Numbered from the stretch's first letter, positions 35,743-48,018 are shown. The stretch is DNA of 64,000 bases from Escherichia coli (GCF_016903815.1 NZ_CP069973.1); one strand, 5' to 3'. Translations and numbers: made by a program. Notes: generated by a model from the sequence alone, not told the origin.

Positions 35743-35947
35743 AACGACCTTCTTTTTTGGTTGTAAAAACCTTATGCTTTATATGAGTGTTGTTATTACC
35801 CGACTTACAGGGGAATCGGCAATGTTCATGTGCCCAGAATAAGTAACTATTTCGCTATAAACTGTGGCAGATCAAATAATCCCATCACTGACTAAATTGC
35901 GTTTCAGCGAACTGGAACATTAATGATTTTTTGTGGAGAAGACGCGT

Positions 35948-37648
35948 GTGATTGTTAAACGACCCGTCTCGGCCAGTCTGGCCCGGGCCTTTTTTTACAT
36001 TGTGCTGCTGTCGATTCTTTCCACGGGTATCGCTCTGCTAACGCTGGCGAGCAGTTTACGCGACGCTGAGGCTATCAATATTGCCGGATCGCTGCGTATG
36101 CAGAGTTACCGCCTGGGCTACGACTTGCAAAGTGGCAGTCCACAACTCAATGCACATCGCCAGTTGTTTCAGCAGGCACTGCATTCACCGGTATTAACCA
36201 ATCTCAACGTCTGGTATGTGCCAGAGGCAGTAAAAACCCGCTACGCGCATCTGAATGCCAACTGGCTGGAGATGAATAATCGGCTCAGCAAGGGCGACTT
36301 GCCGTGGTATCAGGCCAATATTAATAATTATGTTAATCAAATAGACCTGTTCGTGCTGGCTTTACAGCACTACGCTGAACGCAAAATGCTGCTGGTGGTG
36401 GCGATTTCCCTGGCTGGCGGCATCGGTATTTTCACGCTGGTCTTTTTTACTTTGCGCCGCATACGCCATCAGGTGGTTGCCCCGCTGAATCAGCTGGTTA
36501 CCGCCAGTCAGCGTATTGAACACGGACAGTTCGACTCGCCGCCGCTGGATACCAGCCTGCCGAATGAGCTTGGCCTGCTTGCCAAAACCTTTAACCAGAT
36601 GTCGAGCGAGCTACATAAATTGTACCGTTCGCTGGAGGCGTCAGTAGAAGAAAAGACCCGCGACCTCCACGAGGCCAAGCGTCGCCTGGAGGTGTTGTAT
36701 CAGTGTTCGCAGGCGCTGAACACCAGCCAGATTGATGTGCATTGTTTCCGCCATATTTTGCAGATTGTGCGCGACAACGAAGCGGCTGAATATCTGGAGT
36801 TAAATGTCGGTGAAAACTGGCGGATTAGCGAAGGGCAACCAAACCCGGAATTGCCGATGCAGATTTTACCAGTGACAATGCAAGAGACGGTTTACGGCGA
36901 ACTGCACTGGCAAAATAGTCACGTTTCATCATCAGAACCGCTGCTTAACAGCGTTTCGTCGATGCTGGGACGCGGTTTGTACTTTAATCAGGCGCAGAAG
37001 CATTTTCAGCAGTTATTGTTGATGGAAGAACGTGCGACCATCGCCCGCGAATTGCACGACTCGCTGGCTCAGGTACTTTCTTACTTACGTATCCAGTTGA
37101 CGTTACTGAAGCGTTCGATACCGGAAGATAACGCCACCGCACAAAGTATCATGGCCGATTTTTCCCAGGCGTTGAATGATGCTTATCGGCAGTTACGCGA
37201 GCTGTTGACTACTTTCCGCCTGACGCTGCAGCAGGCAGATCTCCCCTCCGCGTTGAGGGAAATGCTGGATACGTTACAAAATCAAACCAGCGCTAAACTG
37301 ACCCTCGACTGCCGCCTGCCAACCCTGGCGCTGGATGCGCAAATGCAGGTGCATTTGTTGCAAATTATTCGCGAAGCGGTGCTGAATGCGATGAAGCACG
37401 CCAACGCCAGCGAAATCGCCGTTAGCTGCGTCACCGCGCCGGATGGCAATCACACGGTCTATATTCGCGACAACGGGATTGGCATCGGTGAACCGAAAGA
37501 ACCCGAAGGCCATTATGGTCTGAATATCATGCGCGAACGCGCGGAAAGATTGGGTGGGACGCTGACTTTTTCGCAACCTTCCGGCGGCGGCACGTTAGTG
37601 AGTATTAGCTTTCGCTCTGCGGAGGGTGAGGAAAGTCAGCTGATGTAA
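35948..37648 (+). CDS. narQ: Nitrate/nitrite sensor histidine kinase NarQ (566 aa)
   Basis: ORF track 35933..37648; GTG at 35948 gives MIVKRPVSAS...; HAMP and HisKA_3/HATPase region. Confidence 0.9.
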   Translation: MIVKRPVSASLARAFFYIVLLSILSTGIALLTLASSLRDAEAINIAGSLRMQSYRLGYDLQSGSPQLNAHRQLFQQALHSPVLTNLNVWYVPEAVKTRYAHLNANWLEMNNRLSKGDLPWYQANINNYVNQIDLFVLALQHYAERKMLLVVAISLAGGIGIFTLVFFTLRRIRHQVVAPLNQLVTASQRIEHGQFDSPPLDTSLPNELGLLAKTFNQMSSELHKLYRSLEASVEEKTRDLHEAKRRLEVLYQCSQALNTSQIDVHCFRHILQIVRDNEAAEYLELNVGENWRISEGQPNPELPMQILPVTMQETVYGELHWQNSHVSSSEPLLNSVSSMLGRGLYFNQAQKHFQQLLLMEERATIARELHDSLAQVLSYLRIQLTLLKRSIPEDNATAQSIMADFSQALNDAYRQLRELLTTFRLTLQQADLPSALREMLDTLQNQTSAKLTLDCRLPTLALDAQMQVHLLQIIREAVLNAMKHANASEIAVSCVTAPDGNHTVYIRDNGIGIGEPKEPEGHYGLNIMRERAERLGGTLTFSQPSGGGTLVSISFRSAEGEESQLM

Positions 37649-37811
37649 TGCCTCTTATTGACCAAAGAATAGTGGCACTTAAGGTTCAGTATAAAAGGGC
37701 ATGATAATTTACATTAACTCCTTTTTTTCTCCACGATTGGCTCGTACCTTGCCGCTACAGTGAAGCAAGTCAAGCCTACAACGATACGCAGAAACACGAG
37801 GTCCTCTTTTA

Positions 37812-40800
37812 ATGGCGAATTTCTTTATTGATCGCCCCATTTTTGCCTGGGTGCTGGCAATCCTGTTGTGTCTGACAGGGACCCTGGCGATTTTCTCATT
37901 GCCCGTTGAACAATACCCCGATCTCGCGCCACCGAATGTGCGAGTGACCGCTAACTATCCCGGCGCATCGGCCCAGACGCTGGAAAACACCGTGACCCAG
38001 GTTATCGAGCAAAATATGACCGGTCTCGATAATCTGATGTATATGTCGTCTCAGAGCAGTGGCACCGGCCAGGCATCTGTCACTTTAAGTTTTAAAGCAG
38101 GCACCGATCCGGACGAAGCCGTGCAGCAAGTACAAAACCAGCTGCAATCAGCCATGCGAAAGTTACCGCAGGCGGTGCAAAATCAGGGCGTGACGGTGCG
38201 TAAAACCGGCGATACCAACATTCTGACCATTGCCTTCGTCTCTACCGATGGTTCGATGGATAAACAGGATATTGCCGATTACGTTGCCAGTAATATTCAG
38301 GATCCGTTAAGCCGCGTGAATGGCGTCGGGGATATCGATGCCTATGGTTCGCAATATTCCATGCGTATCTGGCTGGACCCGGCGAAACTCAACAGTTTCC
38401 AGATGACGGCTAAAGATGTCACTGATGCCATTGAGTCACAGAACGCGCAGATTGCGGTTGGGCAACTTGGTGGTACGCCTTCCGTCGATAAGCAGGCGCT
38501 CAACGCCACCATTAACGCCCAGTCACTGCTGCAAACACCAGAACAGTTCCGCGATATCACCTTGCGGGTGAATCAGGACGGCTCAGAGGTAAGGCTGGGC
38601 GATGTCGCCACCGTCGAAATGGGGGCGGAGAAATACGATTATCTTAGCCGCTTCAATGGTAAGCCAGCCTCCGGGTTGGGAGTAAAACTGGCCTCCGGCG
38701 CGAACGAAATGGCGACAGCGGAGCTGGTGCTCAATCGTCTCGACGAGCTGGCGCAGTATTTCCCGCACGGACTGGAATACAAGGTGGCGTATGAAACCAC
38801 CTCGTTTGTTAAAGCCTCCATTGAAGACGTGGTGAAAACGCTGCTGGAAGCTATCGCTCTGGTTTTCCTCGTTATGTATCTGTTCCTGCAAAACTTCCGC
38901 GCCACGCTGATACCCACTATCGCCGTGCCGGTGGTGTTGATGGGAACCTTCTCCGTACTTTACGCCTTCGGTTACAGCGTCAACACCTTAACCATGTTCG
39001 CAATGGTGCTGGCGATCGGTCTGCTGGTGGATGACGCCATCGTGGTGGTGGAAAACGTCGAACGTATTATGAGTGAGGAAGGACTCACTCCTCGCGAAGC
39101 CACACGTAAATCGATGGGGCAGATCCAGGGGGCACTGGTCGGGATTGCGATGGTGCTTTCGGCGGTATTTGTACCAATGGCCTTCTTCGGCGGCACCACC
39201 GGTGCCATCTATCGCCAGTTCTCTATTACCATTGTTGCGGCGATGGTGCTGTCAGTACTGGTAGCGATGATCCTCACTCCGGCTCTGTGTGCCACGCTAC
39301 TTAAGCCACTGAAAAAGGGTGAGCATCACGGGCAAAAAGGCTTTTTTGCCTGGTTTAACCAGATGTTTAACCGCAACGCCGAACGCTACGAAAAAGGGGT
39401 GGCGAAAATTCTCCACCGTAGCCTGCGCTGGATTGTGATTTATGTCCTGCTGCTTGGCGGCATGGTGTTCCTGTTCCTGCGTTTGCCGACGTCGTTCTTG
39501 CCACTGGAAGACCGGGGCATGTTTACTACCTCGGTACAGTTGCCCAGCGGTTCAACCCAACAACAGACCCTGAAAGTCGTTGAGCAAATCGAGAAATACT
39601 ACTTCACCCATGAAAAAGACAACATCATGTCGGTGTTTGCCACCGTTGGTTCTGGCCCTGGGGGTAACGGGCAAAACGTGGCGAGAATGTTTATCCGCCT
39701 GAAAGACTGGAGCGAACGCGACAGTAAGACCGGCACCTCGTTTGCCATTATCGAGCGTGCAACGAAGGCGTTTAACAAGATTAAAGAAGCTCGCGTTATC
39801 GCCAGCAGCCCGCCAGCAATTAGCGGTCTTGGTAGTTCTGCGGGTTTTGATATGGAGTTGCAGGACCACGCTGGAGCGGGTCACGATGCGCTGATGACAG
39901 CACGAAACCAGTTGCTGGCGCTGGCAGCGGAAAACCCGGAGCTAACCCGTGTGCGCCATAACGGCCTCGACGACAGTCCGCAGTTGCAGATTGATATCGA
40001 CCAGCGTAAAGCTCAGGCGCTGGGCGTTGCTATCGACGATATTAACGACACACTGCAAACCGCCTGGGGTTCGAGCTATGTGAATGACTTTATGGATCGC
40101 GGTCGCGTGAAGAAAGTCTATGTGCAGGCAGCTGCGCCGTATCGCATGCTGCCAGATGACATCAATCTCTGGTATGTCCGAAATAAAGATGGCGGCATGG
40201 TGCCCTTCTCTGCTTTCGCGACCTCACGCTGGGAGACAGGCTCGCCGCGTCTGGAACGCTATAACGGTTATTCTGCGGTTGAGATTGTTGGGGAAGCCGC
40301 ACCGGGGGTCAGTACCGGTACGGCGATGGATATTATGGAATCGTTAGTGAAGCAGCTGCCAAACGGCTTTGGTCTGGAGTGGACGGCGATGTCGTATCAG
40401 GAGCGGCTTTCCGGCGCGCAGGCTCCGGCGCTGTACGCTATTTCCTTGCTGGTGGTATTCCTGTGTCTGGCGGCGCTGTATGAAAGCTGGTCGGTGCCGT
40501 TCTCGGTAATGCTGGTCGTGCCGCTGGGGGTTATCGGCGCGCTGCTGGCAACCTGGATGCGCGGGCTGGAAAACGACGTTTACTTCCAGGTGGGCCTGTT
40601 AACGGTCATTGGTTTATCGGCGAAAAACGCCATCCTGATCGTCGAGTTTGCTAACGAGATGAACCAAAAAGGCCACGACCTGTTTGAAGCGACGCTCCAC
40701 GCCTGCCGTCAGCGTTTACGCCCAATTCTGATGACCTCGCTGGCATTTATCTTCGGCGTATTGCCAATGGCAACCAGCACGGGTGCCGGTTCCGGTGGTC

Positions 40801-40925
40801 AGCATGCGGTGGGTACTGGCGTAATGGGCGGGATGATTTCGGCCACTATTCTGGCTATTTACTTCGTGCCGCTGTTCTTTGTGCTGGTGCGCCGCCGCTT
40901 CCCGCTAAAGCCGCGCCCGGAATAA
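37812..40925 (+). CDS. acrD: RND multidrug (aminoglycoside) efflux pump AcrD (1037 aa)
   Basis: ORF track 37812..40925; 12-TM RND architecture. Confidence 0.95.
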   Translation: MANFFIDRPIFAWVLAILLCLTGTLAIFSLPVEQYPDLAPPNVRVTANYPGASAQTLENTVTQVIEQNMTGLDNLMYMSSQSSGTGQASVTLSFKAGTDPDEAVQQVQNQLQSAMRKLPQAVQNQGVTVRKTGDTNILTIAFVSTDGSMDKQDIADYVASNIQDPLSRVNGVGDIDAYGSQYSMRIWLDPAKLNSFQMTAKDVTDAIESQNAQIAVGQLGGTPSVDKQALNATINAQSLLQTPEQFRDITLRVNQDGSEVRLGDVATVEMGAEKYDYLSRFNGKPASGLGVKLASGANEMATAELVLNRLDELAQYFPHGLEYKVAYETTSFVKASIEDVVKTLLEAIALVFLVMYLFLQNFRATLIPTIAVPVVLMGTFSVLYAFGYSVNTLTMFAMVLAIGLLVDDAIVVVENVERIMSEEGLTPREATRKSMGQIQGALVGIAMVLSAVFVPMAFFGGTTGAIYRQFSITIVAAMVLSVLVAMILTPALCATLLKPLKKGEHHGQKGFFAWFNQMFNRNAERYEKGVAKILHRSLRWIVIYVLLLGGMVFLFLRLPTSFLPLEDRGMFTTSVQLPSGSTQQQTLKVVEQIEKYYFTHEKDNIMSVFATVGSGPGGNGQNVARMFIRLKDWSERDSKTGTSFAIIERATKAFNKIKEARVIASSPPAISGLGSSAGFDMELQDHAGAGHDALMTARNQLLALAAENPELTRVRHNGLDDSPQLQIDIDQRKAQALGVAIDDINDTLQTAWGSSYVNDFMDRGRVKKVYVQAAAPYRMLPDDINLWYVRNKDGGMVPFSAFATSRWETGSPRLERYNGYSAVEIVGEAAPGVSTGTAMDIMESLVKQLPNGFGLEWTAMSYQERLSGAQAPALYAISLLVVFLCLAALYESWSVPFSVMLVVPLGVIGALLATWMRGLENDVYFQVGLLTVIGLSAKNAILIVEFANEMNQKGHDLFEATLHACRQRLRPILMTSLAFIFGVLPMATSTGAGSGGQHAVGTGVMGGMISATILAIYFVPLFFVLVRRRFPLKPRPE

Positions 40926-40930
40926 GCAAT

Positions 40931-40964
40931 AAAAAAGGCGACATGCCAATGTGTCGCCTTTTTC
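40931..40964 (+). terminator. Rho-independent terminator of acrD
   Basis: Stem aggcgaca / tgtcgcct with 8-nt loop followed by TTTTT, 10 nt after acrD stop. Confidence 0.7.
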
Positions 40965-41023
40965 AACTTTCCGATTAAGAACCTGCTCAGCGGGTTCTTG
41001 CTGTTTGTACTTTGTCTCAGGAA

Positions 41024-41083
41024 TTACTTACGAAGCATAACTTCGATAAAGTCTTTCCAGTTCCCCAGTTCACGTTCAATCAT
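41024..41083 (-). CDS. ypfM: Small protein YpfM (19 aa: MIERELGNWKDFIEVMLRK)
   Basis: ATG at 41081-41083 with GAGAGG SD; too short for the ORF track; recognised as the known 19-aa small protein. Confidence 0.7.
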   Translation of the reverse strand: MIERELGNWKDFIEVMLRK

Positions 41084-41445
41084 AACAACCTCTCTTATAA
41101 TTATGGGTATTCTACGGAAACAATATACCGTGGTGAAGCTAATTTACTCGATTGCTGCGATGACTACCTCCGGGGGACAAACCTTATGTAAATACTATGG
41201 TCCTGCGGTGATGATTTGTATGTGATACACAGCAACATTTCGAGATATTCATACGGCATCTAATACTGATTTAATTCTGGTTAAAATACAGGCAGATAAC
41301 AAGATGAATATTCTTAATGTTTACGTTAAAAATGTTTAATATTATTTAATAGTTGTTAATTTGAATACTTCGATAATGTTATATTTCCTGATAATCATTT
41401 GCAGGCAAAATGTTTTCACCCTTAAATGAGTATTTATTCTCATAA

Positions 41446-41820
<375 letters not shown>

Positions 41821-41823
41821 TCT

Positions 41824-42951
41824 ATGTCGTGCCCGGTTATTGAGCTGACACAACAGCTTATTCGCCGCCCTTCCCTGAGTCCTGATGATGCAGGATGCCA
41901 GGCTTTGTTGATTGAACGTTTGCAGGCGATCGGTTTTACCGTTGAACGCATGGACTTTGCCGATACGCAGAATTTTTGGGCATGGCGTGGGCAAGGTGAA
42001 ACGTTGGCCTTTGCCGGGCATACCGACGTGGTGCCGCCTGGCGACGCCGATCGTTGGATCAATCCGCCGTTTGAACCCACCATTCGTGACGGCATGTTAT
42101 TCGGGCGCGGTGCGGCAGATATGAAAGGCTCGCTGGCGGCGATGGTGGTAGCGGCAGAACGCTTTGTCGCACAACATCCCAACCATACGGGGCGACTGGC
42201 ATTTCTGATCACTTCTGATGAAGAAGCCAGTGCCCATAACGGTACGGTAAAAGTCGTCGAAGCGTTAATGGCGCGTAATGAGCGTCTCGATTACTGCCTG
42301 GTCGGCGAACCGTCGAGTATCGAAGTGGTTGGTGATGTGGTGAAAAATGGTCGTCGCGGATCGTTAACCTGCAACCTCACCATTCATGGCGTGCAGGGGC
42401 ATGTTGCCTACCCACATCTGGCTGACAATCCGGTACATCGCGCAGCACCTTTCCTTAATGAATTAGTGGCTATTGAGTGGGATCAGGGCAATGAATTCTT
42501 CCCGGCGACCAGTATGCAGATTGCCAATATTCAGGCGGGAACGGGCAGTAACAACGTTATTCCGGGTGAACTGTTTGTGCAGTTTAACTTCCGCTTCAGC
42601 ACCGAACTGACTGATGAGATGATCAAAGCGCAGGTACTTGCCCTGCTTGAAAAACATCAACTGCGCTATACGGTGGATTGGTGGCTTTCCGGGCAGCCAT
42701 TTTTGACCGCGCGCGGTAAACTGGTGGATGCGGTCGTTAACGCGGTTGAGCACTATAATGAAATTAAACCGCAGCTACTGACCACAGGCGGAACGTCCGA
42801 CGGGCGCTTTATTGCCCGCATGGGGGCGCAGGTGGTGGAACTCGGGCCGGTCAATGCCACTATTCATAAAATTAATGAATGTGTGAACGCTGCCGACCTG
42901 CAGCTACTTGCCCGTATGTATCAACGTATCATGGAACAGCTCGTCGCCTGA
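41824..42951 (+). CDS. dapE: Succinyl-diaminopimelate desuccinylase DapE (375 aa)
   Basis: ORF track 41824..42951; M20 peptidase family; starts 3 nt after yffB stop. Confidence 0.95.
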
Positions 42952-42978
42952 TGAGTGGTTCTGCAAGAGGAAATAAGC

Positions 42979-43179
42979 ATGGACTGGCTGGCTAAATATT
43001 GGTGGATTCTGGTGATTGTCTTTTTGGTAGGCGTCCTGCTGAACGTGATTAAAGATCTCAAGCGCGTCGACCATAAGAAATTTCTCGCCAACAAGCCGGA
43101 GCTTCCCCCGCATCGTGATTTCAACGATAAGTGGGACGATGACGACGACTGGCCGAAAAAGGATCAACCGAAGAAGTAA
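42979..43179 (+). CDS. ypfN: Small membrane protein YpfN (66 aa)
   Basis: ORF track 42955..43179; start trimmed to ATG 42979 ([21 protein letters not shown]...). Confidence 0.85.
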
Positions 43180-43184
43180 GCTGA

Positions 43185-43255
43185 GCGGCCGGATAAGGCG
43201 TTCACGCCACATCCGGCCATGATGCCTGATACAGTCTTATCAGGCCTACCCGGCT
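43185..43255. repeat. BIME: two REP (palindromic unit) sequences between ypfN and ypfH
   Basis: gccggataaggcgttcacgccacatccggc (43188-43217) and gcctgatacagtcttatcaggcctac (43224-43249) match the REP pattern. Confidence 0.8.
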
Positions 43256-43259
43256 ATTA

Positions 43260-43958
43260 TTACATCATTTCAATCACATCATCATCGCCAGGCTTACCGC
43301 CGCTTAGCGCTTCGTCGAAATAATGTTTCGGAATGGTATAACGCAAGTGATCCAGGGCAAATTGCATACTGCGATTGTCGATCGCATGGCCTAAATCCTC
43401 CACGATATCCAGCGTCACGTCACCACCGGCACTGATTAACGCTTCCTGCGCCGCAACCGCATGCGCCAGATCGATAACCGGATCTTCACCGCCATGAATC
43501 AAGTGAATTGTCGTGGCTGTAGACGCGGTTTCCGGCAGGCTCGCGTAGCGTCCGTTGAAGGCAATGACGCGCGAAGCAAGGCCCGGTTCGGCTTTAATGC
43601 TCTCCAGCGCCATAATCGCGCCTTGTGAGAAACCGATTAGCGCCGTGGCGTTAGCCCCTACTCCGCTTTGTTTCTGCCAGTAGCGTACCGTTTCAATAAA
43701 CGTCGACATGATGGCATCCACACGCTCCTGGCGATTATCTTCCGTAATACCCTGCACCGAAAACCACTGACGCCCCGCCGGATTACCGCTCGGCTCCGCG
43801 CCACCGACACTCACCACCAGCGCATCAGGAAACAGCGGTGCAAACCAGCTACCTATTTCCCCCATTGCCACCGGGTTATCCCCGACACCGTGGAAAAGCA
43901 GTAACAACTGTTGCGCAGGTTTATCCGGGCTTTGAACAACAAAATGGTCATGTTTCAT
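43260..43958 (-). CDS. ypfH: Esterase/alpha-beta hydrolase YpfH (232 aa)
   Basis: ORF track 43260..43982; start trimmed to ATG 43956-43958 (MKHDHFVVQS...) with AAGGAG SD; GFSQG nucleophile elbow. Confidence 0.88.
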   Translation of the reverse strand: MKHDHFVVQSPDKPAQQLLLLFHGVGDNPVAMGEIGSWFAPLFPDALVVSVGGAEPSGNPAGRQWFSVQGITEDNRQERVDAIMSTFIETVRYWQKQSGVGANATALIGFSQGAIMALESIKAEPGLASRVIAFNGRYASLPETASTATTIHLIHGGEDPVIDLAHAVAAQEALISAGGDVTLDIVEDLGHAIDNRSMQFALDHLRYTIPKHYFDEALSGGKPGDDDVIEMM

Positions 43959-44031
43959 GGCGAACTCCTTAACTGATGTCATTAATTTTACGCCGCTGAC
44001 TCACAATGACCATGGGAGAAAATTGAAGGAG

Positions 44032-46047
44032 TCAGTGAAAAAATTGCCATTGCGTTATGCGATCGCGCAGACGCTCAGTGCGAACATCATCAAGTGCGTA
44101 TAGCGCCTGCGCGGCTTCTTCGCGTTGACGGACCAGTAACAGCTTACGGCCTGAAAGTTTAAGTGTGGTACATAACTGCGCGTCACTGACGTTTTTCTGT
44201 AAACGCCCACGCAGCGCCGGTAATGCCAGTTCACTGGTTTGTAGCAGACGCAATAAGCAACCTAACGATGTTAATAGCGGACGATGAGCGAAAGCAAAAC
44301 CGGCCAGTTCAAGCCAGTCGTCGTCAGAAAGGACGGCATCGTTTAGTGGATCAACAGGAAGCGTTTCGCCATTCCACTTTGCGAGAGCTTGCGCATCGCG
44401 ACGTAAACGGTAATGCTCACCTTCAGCCAGTTGTTTACCCGCATCACTCATCGGTAACAGCGCCATCGCCGTATAGCAACCGCTGCTGGCTTCACGATGA
44501 TTACCCATTCGCACCAGCACAAAACCGCAGCGTTGCCAGAAACGCCATAATTCCCCGGTGTAACCAAAACTCACCGAAAGATAGTCGAGGTCCTGCGTAT
44601 ATTGCAAAGCACCAGCAATAAGTTGCCGCCCTGTGCCTTCCCGCTGACGAGCCGGATGAACTGCTATCCGGCTAACCCGCCGTCCGCGCAATGTCGCCGC
44701 CAGTGGATTGCTGCCGTGCGCCGCCAGCGACTGGGCCACCAGATTACCCCGCGGGCGACGAAAACCCGCCCATACCGCCTGACTGAGTTCTTGAGATAAT
44801 CCGCCCTCATCCACCAGCCACAGCGCTCCGGCAATCTCGTTTTCGCCAGCCGCCTGTAAAAAATGTTGCCCTGGTGCATCCATCATGCGGCGTAAATCCA
44901 GCGGCGAAGTCCGGTAGTGCGCGCCAGACAATAGCTGATATACCTTTAACGGCGTTTCTGGTTCGCTTCGCCATAACGTCTGTTCAAAAGCAGAAATGAC
45001 GATGTCACCTTGTGGTTCGTGAGTGAAGTTTTCGTCGTCAAAAACCAGTGCCTCACTAACCATTTTTTCCAGCGGGCATCCCTGCGCCCAGCGGATCGGT
45101 TGTTGCAGTTCAAAACGGTGTAAATGTGGAAAGCGAGCGCAAAATTTCAGCAAAAAACCACGTCCGGTGCCTTCATAGCCCTGCACCGTAGTGGTTAACA
45201 ACGTTCGAGGAAAACGCGATACCAGTTGATGCAACAACGGCGCAGGTATGGCTGCGGCTTCATCGACCACCAGCCAGTCGGCTTGCTCATCGCTGGCTAA
45301 CAAGGCATCCGGTGCAATAAAGCGAAACTTCTCGCCCGCAAATTGTGCCAGTACATCCGTTGCCGCTTTTGCGGGCGCGGTGACAATCGCACTGCCCGCA
45401 ATACGAGAAATGAGTTGCCCTGCCAACGCCGATTTACCGCGCCCACGCGCAGCCGTTACCGCTGCCACGCCCGGCGGCATGGTCAGTAACTGCTGTAAGA
45501 GTTGCTGTTGTTCTGGTTGTGGTGTGCCGGTCGCGGGGTGCCAGTCAGTACGGGGAGCAAAATGCACCAACGTGAACGGCTGGTTTTGCCGCCAGAGGAT
45601 GGCGTCGTTATTCGCCGTAAGTACACGTTTGAGATGCTGGACAAAATGCGGCGTCGCAATAGGGTCAGGGCAATCACTCCAGCGCAGCGAGTCGGCATCA
45701 GGTTGGTTTTCCCACTCTTCCCATACAGGGAGTAACAACACCAGCCAGCTTCCCGCTTTCAACGTTCCGCTAAGTGCTGCAAAGGCAGCGGCATCAAAGC
45801 CGTGGCGGGCGTCGAATACCGCATGCCGGAATTCGCGCCCAAGTAAAGTTTGTAGCGCCGAGGGAAAACAGTGGTTTTCAGCGACTGGCTGCGGCGAAAT
45901 CCACAGCCAGTCGCCAGGTAAGGCATCACGCAACTTAAGCGCATGATCAAAACACCAACCCTCTTCCCCGCTCAACACCAGCAAGCGGCGGATCCCTTCA
46001 CGTTTCATTTGCGCTGTTAATGTGTGAAGCGCAGTCAGTTCAGCCAT
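44032..46047 (-). CDS. tmcA: tRNA(Met) cytidine acetyltransferase TmcA (671 aa)
   Basis: ORF track 44032..46047; Walker A GRGKS helicase-like domain plus GNAT domain. Confidence 0.92.
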   Translation of the reverse strand: MAELTALHTLTAQMKREGIRRLLVLSGEEGWCFDHALKLRDALPGDWLWISPQPVAENHCFPSALQTLLGREFRHAVFDARHGFDAAAFAALSGTLKAGSWLVLLLPVWEEWENQPDADSLRWSDCPDPIATPHFVQHLKRVLTANNDAILWRQNQPFTLVHFAPRTDWHPATGTPQPEQQQLLQQLLTMPPGVAAVTAARGRGKSALAGQLISRIAGSAIVTAPAKAATDVLAQFAGEKFRFIAPDALLASDEQADWLVVDEAAAIPAPLLHQLVSRFPRTLLTTTVQGYEGTGRGFLLKFCARFPHLHRFELQQPIRWAQGCPLEKMVSEALVFDDENFTHEPQGDIVISAFEQTLWRSEPETPLKVYQLLSGAHYRTSPLDLRRMMDAPGQHFLQAAGENEIAGALWLVDEGGLSQELSQAVWAGFRRPRGNLVAQSLAAHGSNPLAATLRGRRVSRIAVHPARQREGTGRQLIAGALQYTQDLDYLSVSFGYTGELWRFWQRCGFVLVRMGNHREASSGCYTAMALLPMSDAGKQLAEGEHYRLRRDAQALAKWNGETLPVDPLNDAVLSDDDWLELAGFAFAHRPLLTSLGCLLRLLQTSELALPALRGRLQKNVSDAQLCTTLKLSGRKLLLVRQREEAAQALYALDDVRTERLRDRITQWQFFH

Positions 46048-46061
46048 CCCTGCCCCGGAAG

Positions 46062-46925
46062 TTAAATGCTTTTACCAAAAGTATTGCATTGTGCCGGATC
46101 ACCGCTGTCGAAACCACGTTTAAACCAGCTGTAGCGTTGCTGAGAAGTGCCATGAGTGAAACTGTCTGGTACTACTCGCCCCTGACTTTGCTGTTGTAAA
46201 CGGTCATCGCCGATGGCCTGCGCCGCGTTCAGCGCCTCTTCCAGATCGCCGGTTTCCAGAACACCTTGCTGCTGCATACTATGCCCCCAGACACCGGCAA
46301 AACAGTCGGCCTGGAGTTCCATACGCACAGATAAGCGGTTCACTTCCGCCTGCGTCGCGTTTTGTTGCAGTTGACGAACTTTCGGCTCGATGCCTAACAG
46401 TTTCTGCACATGATGACCGACTTCATGGGCGATAACGTACCCCTGGGCAAAATCGCCATCCGCGCCAAGTTTGTCTTTCATGTCATCATAGAAGGAGAGA
46501 TCGATATAAACCGTGCCATCCGCCGGGCAATAGAACGGTCCCATAATGGACTGGCCCGCCCCGCATCCGGTGCGCGTCATTCCACGGTACATGACCAGCT
46601 TCGGTTGCTGATAGGTCTTACCCATCTTCTCGAACTGCTGTCCCCAGGTGTCTTCCGTGGTTGCCAGAATCACCGAGGTGAATTTTGCGGCTTCGTCTTC
46701 ATTTGGGCTAATTGACCGCGTTGATTGCTGTTGAGAAACCGGCTGTCCGGTCATCAACCCGGTTAAATCAACGCCATAGTAGCCTGCAACCAGCACGACA
46801 ATCAGTAAAATCAGCCCGCCTTTACCGCTTGGCAGGCGAAAACCGGGACCGCCCATAGACGGACCACCAGAGCTGTTGCGCCTGTCTTCAACATTGTCAC
46901 TTTCACGTCGCCCTTGCCAACGCAT
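46062..46925 (-). CDS. ypfJ: Predicted zinc metalloprotease-like protein YpfJ (287 aa)
   Basis: ORF track 46062..46925; HExxH motif (HEVGHH); N-terminal TM segment. Confidence 0.88.
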
Positions 46926-47092
46926 AGATACCTCAACAATATATTCATTATAGAAATGATCGTAGGTGGTTCAGAGGAAGATTACCACAGGAAAGCGGGA
47001 TGAAATGGCGGAGGAATGAGCGTTCAATGCACATCTTATGAGAGCGGTTGTCTTGCCGTGCCAGCTGCACGGCAAGATGATGAGCAGAAAAA

Positions 47093-47806
47093 TCAGTCCA
47101 GCTGTACACCCAGGCGGCGGGCGACGGCTTCATAGGCCTCGATCAGGCCACCGAGGCTCTGGCGGAAACGGTCCTTGTCCATTTTCTCCAGCGTTTCTTT
47201 GTCCCACAGGCGGCTGCCGTCCGGGGAGAACTCATCGCCCAGTACCACTTCACCTTTGTACAGGCCAAACTCCAGTTTAAAGTCGACCAAAATCAGACCA
47301 GCATCATCGAACAGTTTTTTCAGCACGTCGTTCGCTTTGTAGGTCAGCTCTTTCATACGCGCCAGGTTCTCTTTACTTACCCAGCCAAAGGTTTCGCAGT
47401 AAGATTCGTTGACCATCGGATCGTGCATGGCGTCGTTTTTCAGGAACAGATCGAACAGCGGCGGGTTCAGCTCAATACCTTCTTCGATTCCAAGTCGTTT
47501 CACCAGAGAGCCAGCAGCACGGTTACGCACGACACACTCAACCGGCACCATATCCAGCTTTTTCACCAGACATTCGGTGTCGGAGAGCAGACGCTCCATT
47601 TGAGTCGGGATACCCGCTTCAGCCAGTTTGCTCATAATGAAGTAGTTGAACTTGTTGTTCACCATACCTTTGCGATCAAACTGCTCAATGCGCGCGCCAT
47701 CCCCTGCTGACGTATCATTGCGGAATTCGAGCACCAACAGGTCCGGGTTTTCCGTGCTGTATACGGTTTTCGCTTTACCACGATACAACTCAGCTTGCTT
47801 TTGCAT
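47093..47806 (-). CDS. purC: SAICAR synthetase PurC (237 aa)
   Basis: ORF track 47093..47815; start trimmed to ATG 47804-47806 ([13 protein letters not shown]...) with AGGAG SD. Confidence 0.93.
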
Positions 47807-47859
47807 CTTTATCACTCCTGGGTGTGAATTAACGTTTTAAAATCTTTTGCTGTCTGGTG

Positions 47860-47908
47860 TGCCGGATGTTTTGTCAGATGCGGCAAGAACGCCTTATCCG
47901 ACCTACGT
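47860..47908. repeat. REP (palindromic unit) element between bamC and purC
   Basis: gccggatg...gatgcggcaagaacgccttatccgacctac matches the REP pattern. Confidence 0.75.
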
Positions 47909-47959
47909 CCGACAAACAAATTTTGTGCGAATTACCGCTAAAATCGCATTTTTCTGCCG

Positions 47960-47975
47960 ACGCACACGTTTGCGT
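47960..47975 (-). promoter_or_regulatory. Candidate PurR operator (PUR box) upstream of purC
   Basis: Minus-strand ACGCAAACGTGTGCGT, one mismatch from the recalled palindromic PUR-box ACGCAAACGTTTGCGT; about 155 nt upstream of the purC ATG. Confidence 0.6.
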
Positions 47976-48018
47976 ATCATATCAGAAAAAAGGGCCGGAT
48001 GACTCCAGCCCTGTATTT

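Noticed and set aside
34858-35766. 302-aa plus-strand ORF
   Set aside because: Antisense within aegA; no ribosome-binding site and no recognisable family; shadow ORF.
45248-45946. 232-aa plus-strand ORF
   Set aside because: Antisense within tmcA; Ser/Ala/Cys-rich low-complexity translation; shadow ORF.
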